From Nitrosopumilales archaeon (GTDB lineage Archaea > Thermoproteota > Nitrososphaeria > Nitrososphaerales > Nitrososphaeraceae), in contig JBIQJB010000045.1 in the NCBI GenBank assembly GCA_044507735.1, positions 1-10,065 of the forward strand: DNA of 10,065 nt. The letters run 5' to 3'. The position numbers and the translations under genes are program-made. Below are positions 6,384 through 10,065 of the stretch, piece by piece; position 1 is the stretch's first letter, and each line of letters starts with the position of its first letter. Under the pieces are notes generated by a model that searched no databases, had not been told where the DNA came from, and saw only the letters and a list, made by a program, of their open reading frames with translations.

Positions 6384-7727
6384 TCATATAGAGATAGAAG
6401 GGCCAAGGTTCAAAGTATCAAATCTGACGTGCAAAGATTTGGCCACCTGTGCTTTAATGTGCTCAGGTATTCCACCATAACATTTGTTCAAAACTTCAGT
6501 GTTTTCCCAACCTCCCAAGCTTGCAACGTAGGCAAGAGACCAGTTGGTAGCCGCTAGGTAATATTGGGCCATTGTATGCCTAAATAGATGCAAGGGATGT
6601 CCGTTAAAGTATAATCTATCGCCTAGCGCGTAGATCCTAGTCTTTTCATTGAGCCAGCTTGATTTGTCAAGTTCTGAGAATATTTTCTTGAACCTGGTTG
6701 CCATCTTTGACATGAAGTAAGAAGCTTGCAGAGCGTTTGCCTTGTCGCTCTTGGCATCTTCAAAGAACAGGAATCTCCTTTCTTTTGGCAGCCTGTCGCG
6801 AGCAGTCTCGATAACTACCCTACACTCTTCTGTAGGATACTTGACCCACCACTTGCCTTCCCTTGTAAGATACCAATCACCACGCTTAACTTTCGGTTCA
6901 AATTGCTCGCTTCTGAACAGTGGTGAGAATGTGATCCTATCCCACCTCATTGAAGCCATTGCAAAAGCCCTTGCTCCGGTGTGGAGATCAATGTTCATAA
7001 AGCTCCAAGCTTCCCAGTCACCCTCAATCTCAAGGCGTTTGTTGATCCTGTCTATCTGCTCCGGCGTAAGCATGATGTCTTTGTACTCCCCAAGTCTTTC
7101 AGGCGTAGTTGACAGCCCGTACCTTCTGCCTTCGCCATGAGCGAAATTGATATTGTGCGCCGCCAAGAAGCTGCGGTAAGCGTTAATCGTGTTTGTCTTC
7201 TGCATTTGCGGATAAGCAGTATTGAACCAAGCAAGGAAATTCTGCCAATATTCAATCGCTATTTCCTTGCGCTTAGTACTATCTACTGGTACGCCGAAGC
7301 TTATGAGAATCTCAGGCATGATCTTTAGCTGGTCAGATATCACGTGAACTACATTTACCAAATAACGAATCCTGCGTGATGGTATTCCACCAGATTTGAG
7401 AAATGTTATCCATTTCTGTATCGATGGCAGTTGGTTGAACGGTTCACTTTCCAGCTGCCTACATTCATTTGCAAGCTGTTTTTGCAGCGAGATTACGATA
7501 TTGCCGTTGGCATCGCGCTTGATTCCCCACTTTTCCTCTTTTTCCATCTCTGAGAGATAACGTGAGACGGTACTGTGGTCCTTGCCAATGTCCACGCCGA
7601 TTTCTCTCGTTGTATAGTTGCCATTCTGGATACTGATTGCGATTGCTTCTTTGATCTTCTCCCTGTCCTTGACCTTCAACCCCTTGACCCTTAAGCGGCT
7701 CTTTCTTCTTACAAGTGCCTGAGCCAC
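6384..7727 (-). CDS. Tyrosine recombinase/integrase with N-terminal helix-turn-helix (about 447 aa)
   Basis: Catalytic motifs HTGAR (R), HLFRH (H-x-x-R), LGGW (W in place of second His), KCYG (Y). HTH YTTREIGVDIGKDHSTVSRYL. GTG 7727 preceded by SD-like GAGGTAGGGG; the extension to 7931 does not look protein-like. Confidence 0.9.
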   Translation of the reverse strand: MAQALVRRKSRLRVKGLKVKDREKIKEAIAISIQNGNYTTREIGVDIGKDHSTVSRYLSEMEKEEKWGIKRDANGNIVISLQKQLANECRQLESEPFNQLPSIQKWITFLKSGGIPSRRIRYLVNVVHVISDQLKIMPEILISFGVPVDSTKRKEIAIEYWQNFLAWFNTAYPQMQKTNTINAYRSFLAAHNINFAHGEGRRYGLSTTPERLGEYKDIMLTPEQIDRINKRLEIEGDWEAWSFMNIDLHTGARAFAMASMRWDRITFSPLFRSEQFEPKVKRGDWYLTREGKWWVKYPTEECRVVIETARDRLPKERRFLFFEDAKSDKANALQASYFMSKMATRFKKIFSELDKSSWLNEKTRIYALGDRLYFNGHPLHLFRHTMAQYYLAATNWSLAYVASLGGWENTEVLNKCYGGIPEHIKAQVAKSLHVRFDTLNLGPSISI

Positions 7728-7914
7728 TAGCCCCCTACCTCTTTTCTTGTTGCAGCCACACGTAGAACTGTCAGAAGCAGTGACGTGGTAGGGGGATAGA
7801 TATACCAGATAACAAATAATAAAGTCGGAAAAATTGTTAGTGTTACTTGTTGACCTCTCGGGTAGAAGTTTAGTGTCTGCACATTTTCGGGGCCAGCTTG
7901 ATTCTTCGCGCCTG

Positions 7915-7945
7915 TGCAACGATTTATGCAACGCTTTTGTTGCAT
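7915..7945. repeat. Three TGCAAC boxes at 12-bp spacing: direct TGCAACG (7915-7921, 7927-7933) and inverted ATGCAAC-GCTTTT-GTTGCAT (7926-7945)
   Basis: Read directly from the sequence; lies in the divergent intergenic region upstream of the integrase. Confidence 0.55.
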
Positions 7946-8014
7946 TGGACGCTCGAAGGGAGCGATTTTCTCACATATTTATTAGACTGTGAATGTATTC
8001 TGCTGCTAGATAAT

Positions 8015-8833
8015 ATGTCTCCACCCCCATACTTTTCAGCGGACTCTATCGACACGTACTATGAAGACCATGGAGATGTCAATTCGTATCCGCTCGTTCT
8101 CATTCATCCCATAGGCGGAAATATCCTAATTTGGAACAAAGAAATAGGACTTCTTCTGGAGAGCGGATATAGAGTAATTGCGTACGAGATCAGAGGCCAC
8201 AACAGAACTGGAATGGGGAGAGTGGGGGCATTCGCAATGCAAGACCTTGTCAACGACTTGCGACTGTTGTTAGAACATTTGAAAATAAAGAAATGCACTA
8301 TCATAGGGCATTCGATAGGGGGCATCATCGCATCAATGTATGCAACCCAATATCCAGACACTGTTGATGCAATCATTTTGATCAACTCCTCCCCCAAGAA
8401 ATTCCAAGAAAGAGACTTGGAGAAGCATTTCCGGACTCGAGAAATAGCAATAAGAAAAGGAATAGAGGCTTTGGCGGAACACAAGCTGAGTAGCTTTGAG
8501 GAGTCAAGGGATCTTTTTAAGGACAAGAAACACTCTGATTTTTTCAGACAGGTTTTCACAAAGACCTCAGTCGAAGGCTTTGTAGCAGCAACTTTGGCAC
8601 TGTACACCATACCGGGCAATGTCGTTGAAAGGCTCCGATCTTCAAATTGCAAAGTATTTGCCATAGTAGGAAGAGAAGATGACACTTTTATGCGACTCCT
8701 CAAGGAAACGAGTGAAGAAATGCCCAACTTGGAGGTGAAAGTTTTGGAAGGGAGTGATCACTGGGTAGTCATAGAAAAGCCAGATCAACTCTATGATATT
8801 TTGATCGACTTTCTCAGCAGGATCAATAGATGA
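8015..8833 (+). CDS. Alpha/beta-fold hydrolase (PcaD/MhpC-like)
   Basis: LVLIHP oxyanion region, YEIRGHNRT, nucleophile elbow GHSIGG, GREDD acid, GSDH catalytic His. ATG 8015 follows an AT-rich TATTTATT at ~7976. Confidence 0.92.
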   Translation: MSPPPYFSADSIDTYYEDHGDVNSYPLVLIHPIGGNILIWNKEIGLLLESGYRVIAYEIRGHNRTGMGRVGAFAMQDLVNDLRLLLEHLKIKKCTIIGHSIGGIIASMYATQYPDTVDAIILINSSPKKFQERDLEKHFRTREIAIRKGIEALAEHKLSSFEESRDLFKDKKHSDFFRQVFTKTSVEGFVAATLALYTIPGNVVERLRSSNCKVFAIVGREDDTFMRLLKETSEEMPNLEVKVLEGSDHWVVIEKPDQLYDILIDFLSRINR

Positions 8834-8936
8834 CTCAATATTCCATGCTGCTATTGGGACATTTTGGAGCTATTGATTTGTATATTGTAGATCTCGCCAT
8901 TGATCTATACTGTCCAACACTAGTGCCTGCGATTGC

Positions 8937-8965
8937 CAGGCGGGCCTGCCACCACACTTTTTTTT
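8937..8965 (+). terminator. Possible terminator: CAGG-CGGG-CCTG hairpin followed by T8 (8958-8965)
   Basis: Lies between the convergent hydrolase and dodecin genes; long oligo-T is typical of archaeal termination. Confidence 0.45.
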
Positions 8966-9109
8966 GATCGGTAACCTGATAGCGCATCGCAGGTTGCTGT
9001 TGCAGAACATTAGAACGGCATCTAGGGGACAGAAAGAGTCCGGATATTGATCGGCGTCATCCAAAAATGCGTCTGTAGATGTGTGGAGTGGCGCTTCAGA
9101 TGATAGATA

Positions 9110-9379
9110 TTAACGCCCTTCCCCTATGACTCCAAATGATAGTTTTATGCACGTCTTGTACCGAGTGATTCTACCGCTGTTCGGATCTATATCAGCAGTC
9201 ATACCATGAATCTTTATCCCACGGATATTGTGTATTGTTTTCTTGGCCTCATCTATTGCAGCTTGCGCAGCGTCTTCCCACCCTTTATCAGAAATTCCAA
9301 TTAGCTCGACAATCTTGGCGACTGTTGCCGGTGTTCTCGCAATAGTCTCCTCTGCTCTGGTTGCAGCTGTCATTGTCAT
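9110..9379 (-). CDS. Dodecin family flavin-binding protein
   Basis: VAKIVELIGISDKGWEDAAQAAIDEAKKTIHNIR...YKTCIKLSF matches the dodecin pattern including the flavin-stacking Trp. Start could be 9385, 9379 or 9373. Confidence 0.9.
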   Translation of the reverse strand: MTMTAATRAEETIARTPATVAKIVELIGISDKGWEDAAQAAIDEAKKTIHNIRGIKIHGMTADIDPNSGRITRYKTCIKLSFGVIGEGR

Positions 9380-9589
9380 ATGCATTATGATTTGTATTAC
9401 ATTATATTTAAGGGAAAAAATACAAACATCTAGCAGTCAGCATAATGGCACATTTCACCGCACAACGACTATATCAATGTCGCTAGATTTTCTTGGTCAG
9501 ACTTGTGAAATTGGTCAGAGAAATATTGCCCGAATACTGTTTGGCACAAGATAAAGAGGCAAACGGTGGCCGTACAAGGGCGCGTATCA

Positions 9590-9964
9590 TTATCCTATTC
9601 GGCTTGCCTTTTTGAGCAGATATTCTTTGAGCGCCACTGCATTGTTGAATTCTTCGTTCTTGGCACCATAGAGCAGTAGCACAGGAGTCCCGGAGTATAG
9701 TTGTCGAAGTATTAACTCAATTAGCTCCTTCTTGCAGTCAAGCTCTTTGAAATACCGCTTCTTGAATTCATTCCATCTGCCCGGATCGTGGCCAAACCAC
9801 TTTCTGAGCTCATCGCTTGGAGCTATGTCCTTTAGCCACAAGTCAATGGCCGCATCTTCCTTCTTGATTCCCCTCGCCCAAAGCCGATCTACAAATATCT
9901 TGAAGCTTTTTTCATGTCCAGCGACACCTTCAATATCATAGATTCTCTTTATTTCAAGCTCCAT
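9590..9964 (-). CDS. DUF488 (YeaO-like) family protein
   Basis: IKRIYD, VDRLWARGIKKE, WLKDIAPSDELRKWFGHD, F..RYFKEL, LLYGAK..FNNAVALKEYL. Start 9964 (alternative 9976) follows a minus-strand TTATAA at ~9993-9998. Confidence 0.92.
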   Translation of the reverse strand: MELEIKRIYDIEGVAGHEKSFKIFVDRLWARGIKKEDAAIDLWLKDIAPSDELRKWFGHDPGRWNEFKKRYFKELDCKKELIELILRQLYSGTPVLLLYGAKNEEFNNAVALKEYLLKKASRIG

Positions 9965-10065
9965 GCTGGATGACATAATAGCACATTGAAGATTATAAGT
10001 CATAAAATCCAAAAGCAAACACGTCGCATCCCGATCAGTTATTAGCAATTCTGACCATATATGTT

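Noticed and set aside
6198-8014. Archaeal integron (IntI with attI/attC)
   Set aside because: No repeated attC sites with RYYYAAC/GTTRRRY ends, flanking genes have their own promoters, and the IntI-specific insertion was not recognised.
7728-8014. N-terminal extensions of the integrase (to 7931) and hydrolase (from 7898), and ORF 7727..7945
   Set aside because: They overlap each other, have atypical composition and span promoter and repeat elements.
1040-9941. Remaining antisense or nested ORFs (e.g. 1766..2059, 2491..3051, 4092..4478, 6742..7140, 8104..8727, 8870..9064, 9228..9554, 9732..9941)
   Set aside because: Mostly shadow frames of well-supported genes; none shows a recognisable motif.

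Overview
Archaeal chromosomal window, most likely from an ammonia-oxidising Nitrososphaera-type thaumarchaeon. This is inferred from TATA-box promoters with apparently leaderless starts, a C/D box sRNA and an AmoB-like gene. In order: the last two repeats of a CRISPR array (30-bp repeat ending ATTGAAAG); a ~550-bp structured intergenic region containing an unannotated double-guide C/D box sRNA whose guides match the 23S peptidyl-transferase centre; housekeeping-type genes (CoA-pyrophosphatase Nudix, MTHFR-like, TauB-like ABC ATPase, membrane protein); an accessory three-gene cluster of exported proteins, whose first gene is split by a +1 frameshift in an A6 run and whose third is a divergent AmoB paralogue lacking all copper-binding histidines and carrying a CxxC; a convergent HTH-tyrosine recombinase; then an alpha/beta hydrolase, dodecin and a DUF488 gene. 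All homology calls come from recalled motifs, not from searches.
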